64,000 bases of DNA. It comes from a virus (taxonomy: Duplodnaviria > Heunggongvirae > Uroviricota > Caudoviricetes). Positions 45,539 to 54,570 of this stretch are shown piece by piece (within the stretch, counting starts at the first letter, position 1; every line of letters starts with the position of its first letter). The position numbers were made by a program, and so were the translations under genes. The stretch is from positions 31,580 through 95,579 of the IMG/VR virus record IMGVR_UViG_3300042314_001251; one strand, 5' to 3'. A model generated the notes under the pieces. That model was not told the DNA's origin. It ran no database searches and worked only from the letters and a program-made list of their open reading frames with translations.

Positions 45539-47746
45539 TCATCGCATAATTGTTAAATGTCCTGTTATCATTTTACGTGAGTCATCATACTCAGACCCAT
45601 ACATTATTCTCCAAACATAAATCCCATCAAAACACATTTTATTATTATAAGTACCATCCCAACCAACGGTATGATTGTATGATTCAAAAATTGTTTCACC
45701 CCATCTATTGAATACCAATAAATTATAATCATAGACATCAAACCCATCAGTAAATATTGGTAACCAAATATTGTTGAAAGCATCACCATCGGGGGTAAAT
45801 GTATTAGGTATATAAATTAATTCTTGTGGACATTCTTGTATTGCTATATTAGCTTGTTCTTCATTAGAAACACAACCATTAACCGTTTGGGAAACGCTAA
45901 TTGTATAAAAACCAACATTATTCCAAACATAAGGTAAACTATTATCTTGTATTGTATCACCTTCAACAACCCAATCAAACAACCCAGATAAAGATGAATA
46001 AGCTGTATAGATTCTAAAAATACTATCACCTTCACAAAGTTGGTTAAATTCATATGAAGGTGTTACAGATGTTATGATTGGTTGTGGGTTTACAATAACG
46101 TTGATTGTTGTATCAAATGGGCAATTACTTTGTGTATATGTATAAGTTACATCATTGTTTGTTATGATACCTTGTTGTGGGCAAAATTCATCAGTCTGAA
46201 CCCCATTGACTAAGAAAGTACCATTTAAAGGTGAACCCACTAAATCTACACAACCATCATAATCACAAAAAGGACCAATAGGGTCTATTGTAGGGTTTAT
46301 GTTTAAAATAAATGTAGTGAAGTAAGAGGTATCACTATTACAACCAATAGGACTAGTAGAATAAACACTTATAGAGTCTTGATATAAACCACTAGGTTCT
46401 AATGACCAATCCGTTGTTATATTATCAGTACCTTGACCATTTATTATTTGTGGTGTTGTAGACCATATGTAGTTGTAACCAACACCCATAGAAGGTACAC
46501 TATAACTTTCTGATGTTGATAAATAACATACCGTATCAGGACCACTAATAGGTGTCATTATTATTTGTGCTGGGTTAGTGAGTGTTGCATTACCTGTTAC
46601 GGTACAACCTATACCGTCTGTAATTAAAAAACTATAATTACCATAACAAAGGTTAGTGGGGTTAAAAGTTGTTTGTAGAGTATTCCAAGAAATAGTAGTG
46701 ACACCATTGGTTCCGTTAGGGATTACATTAATACTACCATCACAATAGTTATAACAAGTTGGGTCAATAAAAGTAATTGTAGGTTGTGGTAAGTTAGGTG
46801 GACCAGGTTGTACAAACACCGTATCAGGTCCTGGACCGGCAATACTATTACAAGTATTCCATCCAACATTACAAGAAGGATATACTAGTTGACAAGTATA
46901 ATTAGCTCCTTGTACAGGTGGTGTAACCGTAATGGACGCACCAACCCCAATTGGATTTGGGTTACCTACAATATACCATGTTGGTACAGGTAAAACAGTT
47001 GGTCCACTTGGAGTGTATCGGTACGCATCATTATTTGCTGTCCATTGTGTGGAATTCCTACCTGGTACAGTTATCGCCACGGTTCCTGTGGTATTATGTA
47101 ATCCTTGAACCGCGGTACCTCCCGCCCAAGCTAGACAGTTTGGTTTTGATTGAATATAATTTTCTATTACGTTTGTTGATTCATAAATCACTGTATGAAA
47201 TGTCCCCAGTAAATTTGTACATGAAAACATAGGGACACCAACCCAACTAACAACTAATTTTCTACAAGGTGCTGTACCTTGAACTTGGTACCTAATTTGC
47301 CCACCTAAACCTGGGTGCCAATCTTGCCAAGGACCCATGACACAATTTTTTGGTACTGTACCCGCACCATTAGGTATTGTTGCTGAAGTAAATGTTGTTG
47401 GTTGTGCCGGTGAAAAAGAAATCCAACCGTTAGAACCAACCCAAAATTGATTGTATGTTTGTCCAAAGAAACAAAATGTAAACCCAATATTAAAAGGACC
47501 TTGTTGTGAATCATCCGACATAAATAATTGTGTACCAGTATTTGTTTGTGTTACATAAGGAATATTTGTAACACCGTAGTTTGTTGTTTGATTTGGATTT
47601 GAACCTGGTCCACATTGACTAAAATCGGCAGTTAATGTTGTTGACCCAACACCACAAGGTAGTATTTGGTCTGGTCCTAAATAAGGACAGTATTGTGAAT
47701 AGGTCACAAAAGAAATTAGTATAAAAAGGTATTTAATTAAGTTCAT
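45539..47746 (-). CDS. secreted Cys-rich protein with T9SS type-B C-terminal sorting domain (gliding-motility-associated CTD)
   Basis: N-terminal signal peptide MNLIKYLFILISFVTYSQ; C-terminus IPNTFTPDGDAFNNIWLP...FNRWGETIFES...GWDGTYNNK...GIYVWRI...GHLTIMR matches the T9SS type-B CTD pattern (PNxFTPNGDGxND..F...RWG..VF...WDG...G.Y.Y......G.v.l.R); 735 aa, G/P/T/N/C-rich. Confidence 0.7.
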   Translation of the reverse strand: MNLIKYLFILISFVTYSQYCPYLGPDQILPCGVGSTTLTADFSQCGPGSNPNQTTNYGVTNIPYVTQTNTGTQLFMSDDSQQGPFNIGFTFCFFGQTYNQFWVGSNGWISFSPAQPTTFTSATIPNGAGTVPKNCVMGPWQDWHPGLGGQIRYQVQGTAPCRKLVVSWVGVPMFSCTNLLGTFHTVIYESTNVIENYIQSKPNCLAWAGGTAVQGLHNTTGTVAITVPGRNSTQWTANNDAYRYTPSGPTVLPVPTWYIVGNPNPIGVGASITVTPPVQGANYTCQLVYPSCNVGWNTCNSIAGPGPDTVFVQPGPPNLPQPTITFIDPTCYNYCDGSINVIPNGTNGVTTISWNTLQTTFNPTNLCYGNYSFLITDGIGCTVTGNATLTNPAQIIMTPISGPDTVCYLSTSESYSVPSMGVGYNYIWSTTPQIINGQGTDNITTDWSLEPSGLYQDSISVYSTSPIGCNSDTSYFTTFILNINPTIDPIGPFCDYDGCVDLVGSPLNGTFLVNGVQTDEFCPQQGIITNNDVTYTYTQSNCPFDTTINVIVNPQPIITSVTPSYEFNQLCEGDSIFRIYTAYSSLSGLFDWVVEGDTIQDNSLPYVWNNVGFYTISVSQTVNGCVSNEEQANIAIQECPQELIYIPNTFTPDGDAFNNIWLPIFTDGFDVYDYNLLVFNRWGETIFESYNHTVGWDGTYNNKMCFDGIYVWRIMYGSEYDDSRKMITGHLTIMR

Positions 47747-47838
47747 TTTTTTTTTATTTATAAATATAATATTAAGACGTATTTAAATGTAAATAGAAGG
47801 AACACTTATCCCAAAAGGTGGGATTGGAGAATATCTAG

Positions 47839-47846
47839 TACTTTTG
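47839..47846 (+). promoter_or_regulatory. -7-like box TActTTTG about 44 nt upstream of ATG 47890
   Basis: Exact TAnnTTTG. Confidence 0.35.
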
Positions 47847-47889
47847 GCTTATTTTTTAAATTTACGATTAAATAGAATATTTATATTAT

Positions 47890-48639
47890 ATGAAGTTAAT
47901 TAGAGAATTCGATGATTTTAGTTGGACTAATATGGGTACACTTAATCCGTTTATGAGTGATGACCCACTTGTTGTTGTATGGTTAGATAAATCTGCCACT
48001 GAATCAGAGATTAATAAATTATATGATATGCTTTTGGAAGTTAATATAGAAATTAGTACATCAAAGTCAGATTTTGTAAAAAGTTTATTAACATATTCTA
48101 GAAATGGGTCTGCATATGTTAAATCTTACATAGCTCAAAATGGTGAAAAAAGAGCTGGGTATGGTGATACAAAAGCTTTATTTGATGAACATAAATATTG
48201 GAAAGCTATGGAAGATTTAGACGGTAAACCATATATAGAATATAAATTAGGTGATATCTTTAAAGATAGATTAAATGAGTCTGAAGAGTTAAATTGGATT
48301 ATAGAAAGTAACCCATCATTTAGAAACAAGATAATTATTTTTGAACCACTGATTATTGAGGATGAGTATAATATTGTTATAGATGGTTTATTAGAATTTG
48401 ATGAGGACCTTTATACCTATAGTGGTAATTTAGAAGAATTAAGACCTTTCACTTCTTATGATTATTTACACCATTTAGTTATAGGTTTAAATGGTGTAGT
48501 AGCTTATGGTGGGGCCAATGAACATAACAACGAAGACTGGGGTGGTTTTATGGATAACGTAGAAAATTACATAGGTAATTATTATAAAAATTTTAACAAC
48601 CCAGAAGTTATTGATGGAAGAAAATATTTTAATCTTTAA
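47890..48639 (+). CDS. hypothetical protein
   Basis: 249-aa ORF preceding the kinase genes. Confidence 0.5.
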   Translation: MKLIREFDDFSWTNMGTLNPFMSDDPLVVVWLDKSATESEINKLYDMLLEVNIEISTSKSDFVKSLLTYSRNGSAYVKSYIAQNGEKRAGYGDTKALFDEHKYWKAMEDLDGKPYIEYKLGDIFKDRLNESEELNWIIESNPSFRNKIIIFEPLIIEDEYNIVIDGLLEFDEDLYTYSGNLEELRPFTSYDYLHHLVIGLNGVVAYGGANEHNNEDWGGFMDNVENYIGNYYKNFNNPEVIDGRKYFNL

Positions 48640-48663
48640 TAACTCCAATTAATACTTATTGAT

Positions 48664-50589
48664 ATGGATAAAAATTTTTACATTAATAAATTAAATAAAA
48701 CTTTAATTTCACAAACACATAACCCTCTTTTTTATAAAGGGGATATAGTAGAAGGTTCTAAAATTCTAACTAAAGAAGTTGTAGACTCAATTAATGTTGA
48801 TAGATGTTCTATATGGTTATACAACAAAAATAAAACATCTATTGTTTGCCAACAATTATATGTTAAATCTGAAAATATGTGGTATGATGGTTTAGAAATC
48901 TTTGAAAAGGATTTTGGACCGTATTTCGAAGAATTAATAAAGAACCCAATAATAATAGCTAATGATGCTGAAAAACATCCAGCAACATCTTGTTTTACTG
49001 ATGGTTATTTAAAACCACTGGGTATTAAATCTATGTTAGATGTACCTATCATTTATTTTGGGGAAACTATTGGTGTTATATGTATTGAAAGTTTTACATT
49101 ACGTGAATGGGATTCTTTTGAGGTTGATTTTACTCAATTATTATCTTCTTTATACACTTTTGCTTATTCAATAAAAGAAACAAACAATTTAAATAAAAAA
49201 ATAGAAGAAACAGAAAAATTTATTGACGTATCGACAATTATATCTACTGCTGATAAAAGAGGTAAAATTACATATGTTAATAAAAAATTTGAGGATGTTT
49301 CTGGGTGGTCTTTGGATGAGGTAGTTGGTAAAGACCATGTTATTGTTAATTCGGGATTACAACCTGATGGATATTGGGGTAAAATGTATGAAACGGTAAT
49401 GAAAGGTGATGTATGGAATGACGTTGTTACCAATAAAGGAAAATCAGGAGAATTATATTACGTTGATACTTTTATTAGAGCAATTTTTGATACCGATGGT
49501 AAATTGGATGGATTTGCTTCAATAAGACAAGATGTTACAGAACTTAAAAAAAAGGAAGTTGAAATTCGCAATAGAATGAACGCGATAAATAAATCTAACG
49601 CAGTTATTGAGTTTGATTTAGAAGGAAACATCATTTTTGCTAATAATTTGTTTTTAGAAACTATGGGATATTCTTTACAGGATGAAGTAGTTGGAAAACA
49701 CCATAGAATTTTTATAGATGAGGAATACTCAAAAAGTGAAGAATACTCTCTTTTTTGGGAAAAATTAAATGAAGGGGTGTTATTTACCGGTGAAATTACT
49801 AGAATTAAAAAAGACGGTTCTTTAGTGTATCTACAAGCAACATACAATCCAGTTATCGGTTTAGATGGTAAGGTTTATCGTGTTATGAAAATCGCGACAG
49901 ATATCACCAATTCCTACGAACAAAAGAAAGAAATTGAAAAGAAAAACACTTACCTAGAACATGCGGCTAAAATATTAAGACACGATATGCATTCAGGTAT
50001 TAATACTTATATGCCAAGAGGATTAAGTTCTTTAGAAAGAAGATTAACCCCCGAAGATATTAAAACTTTAAAAATTGAGGCCCCAATTAAAATGATTAAA
50101 GAGGGTTTAAAACATTCCCAAAAAGTATATAAAGGGGTTTACGAATTTACAAATCTTGTAAAGAAAGATGTTGTTTTAAATAAAACGGAATGTAATTTAA
50201 AAGATATACTTGAGGATTATTTATCAGCGACAGCATATAGTAGTCAAGTTATTATTGATGAGTTACCAACGATAGAAGTTAATGAACCATTATTCTGTAC
50301 CGCAGTCGATAATTTAATTCGTAATGGGTTAAAGTATAATGATAGTAATACAAAATTTGTTAAAATATATATGGAAGATGGTAATCTAATTATACAAGAC
50401 AACGGTAGAGGGATTACACAAAAAGATTTTATTCATTTATCCCAACCATATACCAGAAAAGAAGGCCAAAAAGAATCTGGAACTGGTCTAGGGCTTAATA
50501 TATGTGTAGCTATTTTAGAAGAACATAAATTTAATATTTCGTGTGAGAAAAATGACATAGGGACAAAAATGAAAATTGAACTAAAATGA
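48664..50589 (+). CDS. cytoplasmic sensor histidine kinase: GAF - PAS - PAS - variant DHp (H-box RHDMHSGI) - HATPase_c
   Basis: GAF-like N-terminus (CSIWLY...DVPIIYFGETIGVICIES); two PAS-like segments (GKITYVNKKFEDVSGWSLDEVVGKDH; GNIIFANNLFLETMGYSLQDEVVGKHH); H-box EHAAKILRHDMHSGINTY; N-box DNLIRNGLKYN, G1 DNGRGI, G2 GTGLGLNI. Confidence 0.7.
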   Translation: MDKNFYINKLNKTLISQTHNPLFYKGDIVEGSKILTKEVVDSINVDRCSIWLYNKNKTSIVCQQLYVKSENMWYDGLEIFEKDFGPYFEELIKNPIIIANDAEKHPATSCFTDGYLKPLGIKSMLDVPIIYFGETIGVICIESFTLREWDSFEVDFTQLLSSLYTFAYSIKETNNLNKKIEETEKFIDVSTIISTADKRGKITYVNKKFEDVSGWSLDEVVGKDHVIVNSGLQPDGYWGKMYETVMKGDVWNDVVTNKGKSGELYYVDTFIRAIFDTDGKLDGFASIRQDVTELKKKEVEIRNRMNAINKSNAVIEFDLEGNIIFANNLFLETMGYSLQDEVVGKHHRIFIDEEYSKSEEYSLFWEKLNEGVLFTGEITRIKKDGSLVYLQATYNPVIGLDGKVYRVMKIATDITNSYEQKKEIEKKNTYLEHAAKILRHDMHSGINTYMPRGLSSLERRLTPEDIKTLKIEAPIKMIKEGLKHSQKVYKGVYEFTNLVKKDVVLNKTECNLKDILEDYLSATAYSSQVIIDELPTIEVNEPLFCTAVDNLIRNGLKYNDSNTKFVKIYMEDGNLIIQDNGRGITQKDFIHLSQPYTRKEGQKESGTGLGLNICVAILEEHKFNISCEKNDIGTKMKIELK

Positions 50590-51200
50590 TAAAACTAAAA
50601 AATTTATTAACCATATTTTTCATAAGTATGGTAAGTATAGTGTATTCACAACCAACCTACCCTATCCAGACACAATTAAAAGGTGATTCTGTGGTTATTC
50701 TTACAAAAAAACAATCTGATGATATTAATTCACTAATTGAGAATCAAAAAATTAGAATACAAAAATATAAAACAGAAATAAAATTAGTTAATGATACTAA
50801 CACGTTATTAAATAACGATATTAAAATAAAAGATAGTGTTATTAACCAATTGGATAGTTTGTTAACCGTCCAAAACAATTATTACGATAGTTTAATTTCT
50901 AAAATAGATACGTTAGAGAATTGGATTTTATCGTCGTCGATAGATAATGGGTACCTATATTATTCTTGGCAAGACTCAACAGTTAAAGTTATTGATTTAA
51001 GTTTGTATATGTTAGTATCGCATAGAGGAAGTGGTAATTATAGTTTAATTACAAGAGGTGATGTTACTAATATATATTATTGGAAACAAATAAATCTACT
51101 TAAAGAAGAAAGTCCTGAGATTGGTTGGGAATTAAATATATCCCCAAAATATAAACCAAGAATAGTATTATTCCCATATAAATTAACCCCAAAATTATGA
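50586..51200 (+). CDS. secreted/periplasmic hypothetical protein (signal peptide)
   Basis: N-terminus LLTIFFISMVSIVYSQ; ATGA overlaps with both flanking kinase genes. Confidence 0.5.
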   Translation: MIKLKNLLTIFFISMVSIVYSQPTYPIQTQLKGDSVVILTKKQSDDINSLIENQKIRIQKYKTEIKLVNDTNTLLNNDIKIKDSVINQLDSLLTVQNNYYDSLISKIDTLENWILSSSIDNGYLYYSWQDSTVKVIDLSLYMLVSHRGSGNYSLITRGDVTNIYYWKQINLLKEESPEIGWELNISPKYKPRIVLFPYKLTPKL

Positions 51201-52600
51201 TAAAAAATATTTTAATAACAATAATGTTTTTGGGTTTTTTTACTTCTTTAAATGTAAATTCACAGACTGATAATAACCCCAAAAAAACAGAGATTGAACC
51301 TACATGTCCTAGTGATAGTCGTATAACTAGTTTAATTAAAAAATTAAATTACGAACCAAATAAAAAATTAACTAAATACCAATCAAGCTTATGTCAAGAA
51401 ATTGGTATCTCTTTTTATAATAAAGGTATGTATGATGAGTCAGATTGGTATTTAGATAAGGTTAGTACCTATATTGATGTTGTTGATTTAAAACCTGAAA
51501 AAGTTTTTGACACACCTAAAGAAGAACCCGTACAAGAGTTAAGTGACTCAGAATTATCTAGTATTAAAGCCGACCAAAAATTTTTAGATGACCTACCAAA
51601 ATCATACGATAATTTATCTAAAAAAGATATAAAAAAAATTGCTGATGAGATAGAGTCAAAACTCCAAAAACTATTAAAAGAAAAAAAAGAATTATTAAAA
51701 AATAAAGCTAGTCAAGAAGTTATCAGTTCTAAAACAAGTACTATACAAATATTAGGTAAAGAAAAAAATATCATTAATCTTAGTGTTAAAAATGATGATT
51801 TAGTTACCGATAAAAAAACCTTAAAAAAATATTTATGGTGGTCCACAATTGTTCTTTCTGTTTTGGTTTTAGGTATTATTGTTTTATTACAAAGAAAAAC
51901 AATTAAAGTCCAAGACATAGAAATCGAAAACCAATTAAAAGACATTAACAAGAAAAACACTTACCTTGAATATGCGGCTAGAATAATTAGACACGACATG
52001 CATTCAGGTATTAACACCTATATACCAAGAGGGTTATCGTCATTAGAAAAAAGAATTTCAATTGAGGAAATGAATAACTTAAAAATTACACCCTCAATTA
52101 AAATGATAAAAGATGGTTTGGCACACACACAAAAAGTATATAAAAGTGTTTATGAGTTTACAAACCTTGTGAAAAATACTGTAGTTTTAGATAGAAATAT
52201 GGTTGATATAAAAGAATCTTTATTAAAATACTTAACAAATACATCATATAAAAATCAGGTAGAAATTAGTGAATTAGTTACACTAAATGTAAATGAAACT
52301 CTTTTTTGGAACGCTATTGATAATTTAATTAAAAATGGGTTAAAATATAATAGTAGTGAAAATAAAGAAATTAAAATTTACATGGATAATAATGATTTAA
52401 TTATTGAAGATAATGGTGTTGGATTTTCACAAAAAGAGTTCGAAAGAACAACAGGTGAATATTTAAATAAAAAGAGTAATTCCGAAGTTGGTTTAGGTTT
52501 AGGTATAACCAAAACAATTTTAGAAGAACATGGTTTTAGTATGATGTGTGAAAAAATTAACACTGGTACAAAAATAACGGTTAAATTAAATAAAAATTAA
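51197..52600 (+). CDS. membrane sensor histidine kinase (signal peptide/periplasmic domain - TM - DHp - HATPase_c), paralogous kinase core to 48664..50589
   Basis: Signal peptide ILITIMFLGFFTSLNVNSQ; TM YLWWSTIVLSVLVLGIIVLL; H-box EYAARIIRHDMHSGINTY; N-box DNLIKNGLKYN; G-boxes EDNGVGFS, GLGLGI. Confidence 0.65.
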   Translation: MIKNILITIMFLGFFTSLNVNSQTDNNPKKTEIEPTCPSDSRITSLIKKLNYEPNKKLTKYQSSLCQEIGISFYNKGMYDESDWYLDKVSTYIDVVDLKPEKVFDTPKEEPVQELSDSELSSIKADQKFLDDLPKSYDNLSKKDIKKIADEIESKLQKLLKEKKELLKNKASQEVISSKTSTIQILGKEKNIINLSVKNDDLVTDKKTLKKYLWWSTIVLSVLVLGIIVLLQRKTIKVQDIEIENQLKDINKKNTYLEYAARIIRHDMHSGINTYIPRGLSSLEKRISIEEMNNLKITPSIKMIKDGLAHTQKVYKSVYEFTNLVKNTVVLDRNMVDIKESLLKYLTNTSYKNQVEISELVTLNVNETLFWNAIDNLIKNGLKYNSSENKEIKIYMDNNDLIIEDNGVGFSQKEFERTTGEYLNKKSNSEVGLGLGITKTILEEHGFSMMCEKINTGTKITVKLNKN

Positions 52601-52607
52601 AAAAAAA

Positions 52608-53045
52608 ATGATTGATTCTATATTATTAGTTGATGACGAGGATTTATTCCATTTAGTATTTGAGGATGCGTGTTCCTTATTAGATATAAGTTTGTCTTTA
52701 AACGCGTTAAACAGTTCTGACGAAGCAGCAAAACTATTCCAAAAATGGTTCCAAAGTGGTAATGAAGACAATAAACCAGAATGTGTTTTTGTTGACTTAA
52801 ATATTATTGGTAGTTCTTTTGATGGTATTGAGTTAATTAGAAAAATAAACTTTGAATATGGTAACCATGTGGTTATTGGTATAATTTCATCGTCTAATGA
52901 ACCAGATGAACAAGCTAAAGCATTACAAGCTGGAGCACAGTTTTGGATTATTAAATCAGACGATATAGAACCAAGACTAGAAGAATTTAGAAAAGATTAC
53001 GAAGGTTATAAAAATAGAACCGCACCATTTAAAGTTTACAAATGA
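52608..53045 (+). CDS. stand-alone response-regulator receiver domain (CheY-like)
   Basis: ILLVDDED (acidic pair), VFVDLNI (phospho-acceptor Asp), GIISSS, IIKSD (Lys). Confidence 0.6.
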   Translation: MIDSILLVDDEDLFHLVFEDACSLLDISLSLNALNSSDEAAKLFQKWFQSGNEDNKPECVFVDLNIIGSSFDGIELIRKINFEYGNHVVIGIISSSNEPDEQAKALQAGAQFWIIKSDDIEPRLEEFRKDYEGYKNRTAPFKVYK

Positions 53046-53719
53046 TTAAAATAGAAAGTTTTACTAAAAAAAGTTTAATAGATTTATATAAAGAAAAAAA
53101 TGTAGGTCTTGAGGGTAATATCACAAAATTAATTGATTCTGAGGATGATGAAGAATTTAAAGATTATTTAAAAGATTGTGAATTAAGAGATACCGAAAAA
53201 AGGAAGAAGCGTCTTGATATGACAAAAAAAATACAAAAACAAAATCAAGAACTATCTAATTTAAATAATGAAAACGAAAGAATTCTAGAAGAATTACAGG
53301 AAACTTTAAAAGACGTTGAGGATTCCAAGTTGACGTATGAGGTTCAGAATAAGGAACTTAATGAGTGGAAAGAAGATAACCTTAGATTAACTGAAGAGTT
53401 AAAAAATGAAATGGCTAAATCTGAAAAGGCTAGAATAGATGCGGAAAAAGCTAAAGATATGGCCGAAAACGATTTAGATTTATTACAAAAAAGAACTCAA
53501 AATGAACTAATCTCCACCATTGTTAGAGTTGCTCTATGGATAATCATGGGTGTGGGTTTTGTAACAACTGGTGTTTATGTCTTCACATTATTAATGGGCA
53601 AAGACACTCAAGTTATTAGTGCTACTTGGTCTAACATATTTGGTATTCTATTAACAAATGCATTTTCTATTGTAGGTACCATTATGGGTATAAAATACGC
53701 AACAGAAAAAAAAGAATAA
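53042..53719 (+). CDS. coiled-coil protein with C-terminal double TM anchor
   Basis: Heptad-rich E/K/L region; C-terminal VALWIIMGVGFVTTGVYVFTLLM and FGILLTNAFSIVGTIMGI. Confidence 0.5.
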   Translation: MIKIESFTKKSLIDLYKEKNVGLEGNITKLIDSEDDEEFKDYLKDCELRDTEKRKKRLDMTKKIQKQNQELSNLNNENERILEELQETLKDVEDSKLTYEVQNKELNEWKEDNLRLTEELKNEMAKSEKARIDAEKAKDMAENDLDLLQKRTQNELISTIVRVALWIIMGVGFVTTGVYVFTLLMGKDTQVISATWSNIFGILLTNAFSIVGTIMGIKYATEKKE

Positions 53720-53748
53720 AAATAGTTTGACAATTAATAAACTTTTAC

Positions 53749-53756
53749 TATATTTG
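53749..53756 (+). promoter_or_regulatory. -7 box TAtaTTTG upstream of a 33-codon ORF (53799..53900), its terminator and the second tRNA cluster
   Basis: Exact TAnnTTTG. Confidence 0.45.
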
Positions 53757-53798
53757 TACCATATTTAATTAATACGAACAAAAATTTTTATAAATTCA

Positions 53799-53900
53799 AT
53801 GAAAACAACAATGACATACAAACAAGGGACCGTTAAAACGGTTGATGGGAAAGTGGATTCACTTTTCTACGGACATGGGTTGTCATACTGGAGTTGTTGA
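53799..53900 (+). CDS. possible micro-ORF (33 aa, MKTTMTYKQGTVKTVDGKVDSLFYGHGLSYWSC)
   Basis: ATG 43 nt downstream of the -7 box; followed by a terminator; could instead be a non-coding leader. Confidence 0.25.
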   Translation: MKTTMTYKQGTVKTVDGKVDSLFYGHGLSYWSC

Positions 53901-53926
53901 TTTGAATTTACTCTATATATAGAATA

Positions 53927-53956
53927 ACCCTGGGTCCAAAAGATTCAGGGTTTTTT
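53927..53956 (+). terminator. intrinsic terminator (ACCCTG-loop-CAGGGT + T6)
   Basis: 6-bp stem, 13-nt loop, TTTTTTG. Confidence 0.55.
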
Positions 53957-53983
53957 GTTCTTTGATATATCGGTTTAAAAAAA

Positions 53984-54073
53984 GGAAGGGTGGCAGAGTT
54001 GGTCTATTGCATCTGATTTGAAATCAGAAGTACCTTTGAAAGGGTACCGTGGGTTCGAATCCTACCTCTTCCT
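53984..54073 (+). tRNA. tRNA-Ser (anticodon TGA; class II)
   Basis: Acceptor GGAAGGG/CTCTTCC, anticodon arm TCTGA-TTTGAAA-TCAGA, variable hairpin GTACC..GGTAC, T-arm GTGGG-TTCGAAT-CCTAC. Confidence 0.8.
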
Positions 54074-54080
54074 CATAAAT

Positions 54081-54152
54081 GGTCCATTGGTGTAGTGGCC
54101 AACATACATCCCTGTCACGGATGTGCCGCGAGTTCGATTCTCGCATGGACCG
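54081..54152 (+). tRNA. tRNA-Asp (anticodon GTC)
   Basis: Acceptor GGTCCAT/ATGGACC, anticodon arm CATCC-CTGTCAC-GGATG, T-arm GCGAG-TTCGATT-CTCGC. Confidence 0.8.
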
Positions 54153-54193
54153 CAACTAACCATAAATCCTAGTAACCCCTAGGTTGGTTAAAC

Positions 54194-54266
54194 AGTTCCT
54201 TAGCTCAGCTGGGAGAGCAACTCGCTTACATCGAGAAGGTCACAGGTTCGAACCCTGTAGGAACTA
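54194..54266 (+). tRNA. tRNA-Val (anticodon TAC)
   Basis: Acceptor AGTTCCT/AGGAACT, D-arm GCTC-AGCTGGGAG-AGC, anticodon loop CTTACAT, T-arm ACAGG-TTCGAAC-CCTGT. Confidence 0.75.
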
Positions 54267-54275
54267 CAATAAATT

Positions 54276-54350
54276 GCCTCATTAGCTCAGCTGGCTTAGA
54301 GCGTCTGATTTGTACTCAGAAGGCCGTGGGTTCGATTCCTACATGAGGCT
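54276..54350 (+). tRNA. tRNA-Thr (anticodon TGT)
   Basis: Acceptor GCCTCAT/ATGAGGC, D-arm GCTC-AGCTGGCTTA-GAGC, anticodon arm TCTGA-TTTGTAC-TCAGA, T-arm GTGGG-TTCGATT-CCTAC. Confidence 0.8.
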
Positions 54351-54412
54351 CAATTAATAACAAACAAATAAAAACGTCAGATTATGGAAAGTGGCAAGTA
54401 TGGCAAACACAA

Positions 54413-54484
54413 TCCCTCGTAGCAAACAAGTGTAGGCAACGGACTTTTAATCCGTGGGGCTGGGAGCGTTACCCGGCGGGGGAA
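54413..54484 (+). tRNA. degenerate tRNA-like element (72 nt) with TTT (Lys) anticodon arm; possible pseudo-tRNA
   Basis: 7-bp acceptor TCCCTCG/CGGGGGA; anticodon arm ACGGA-CTTTTAA-TCCGT; T-arm-like CTGGG-AGCGTTA-CCCGG with non-consensus loop; no convincing D-stem. Confidence 0.3.
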
Positions 54485-54492
54485 CAAAACAC

Positions 54493-54562
54493 ACCGAGGC
54501 TTAGTGGTAAAGAACTATCTCTCATAAGGATGGTCAAGTGGGTTCAATTCCCATACTCGGTA
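54493..54562 (+). tRNA. tRNA-Met (anticodon CAT; loop CTCATAA)
   Basis: T-arm GTGGG-TTCAATT-CCCAT, acceptor ACCGAGG/ACTCGGT (one mismatch at the stem base), anticodon arm TATCT-CTCATAA-GGATG (two G-U). Confidence 0.55.
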
Positions 54563-54570
54563 CATTATAT

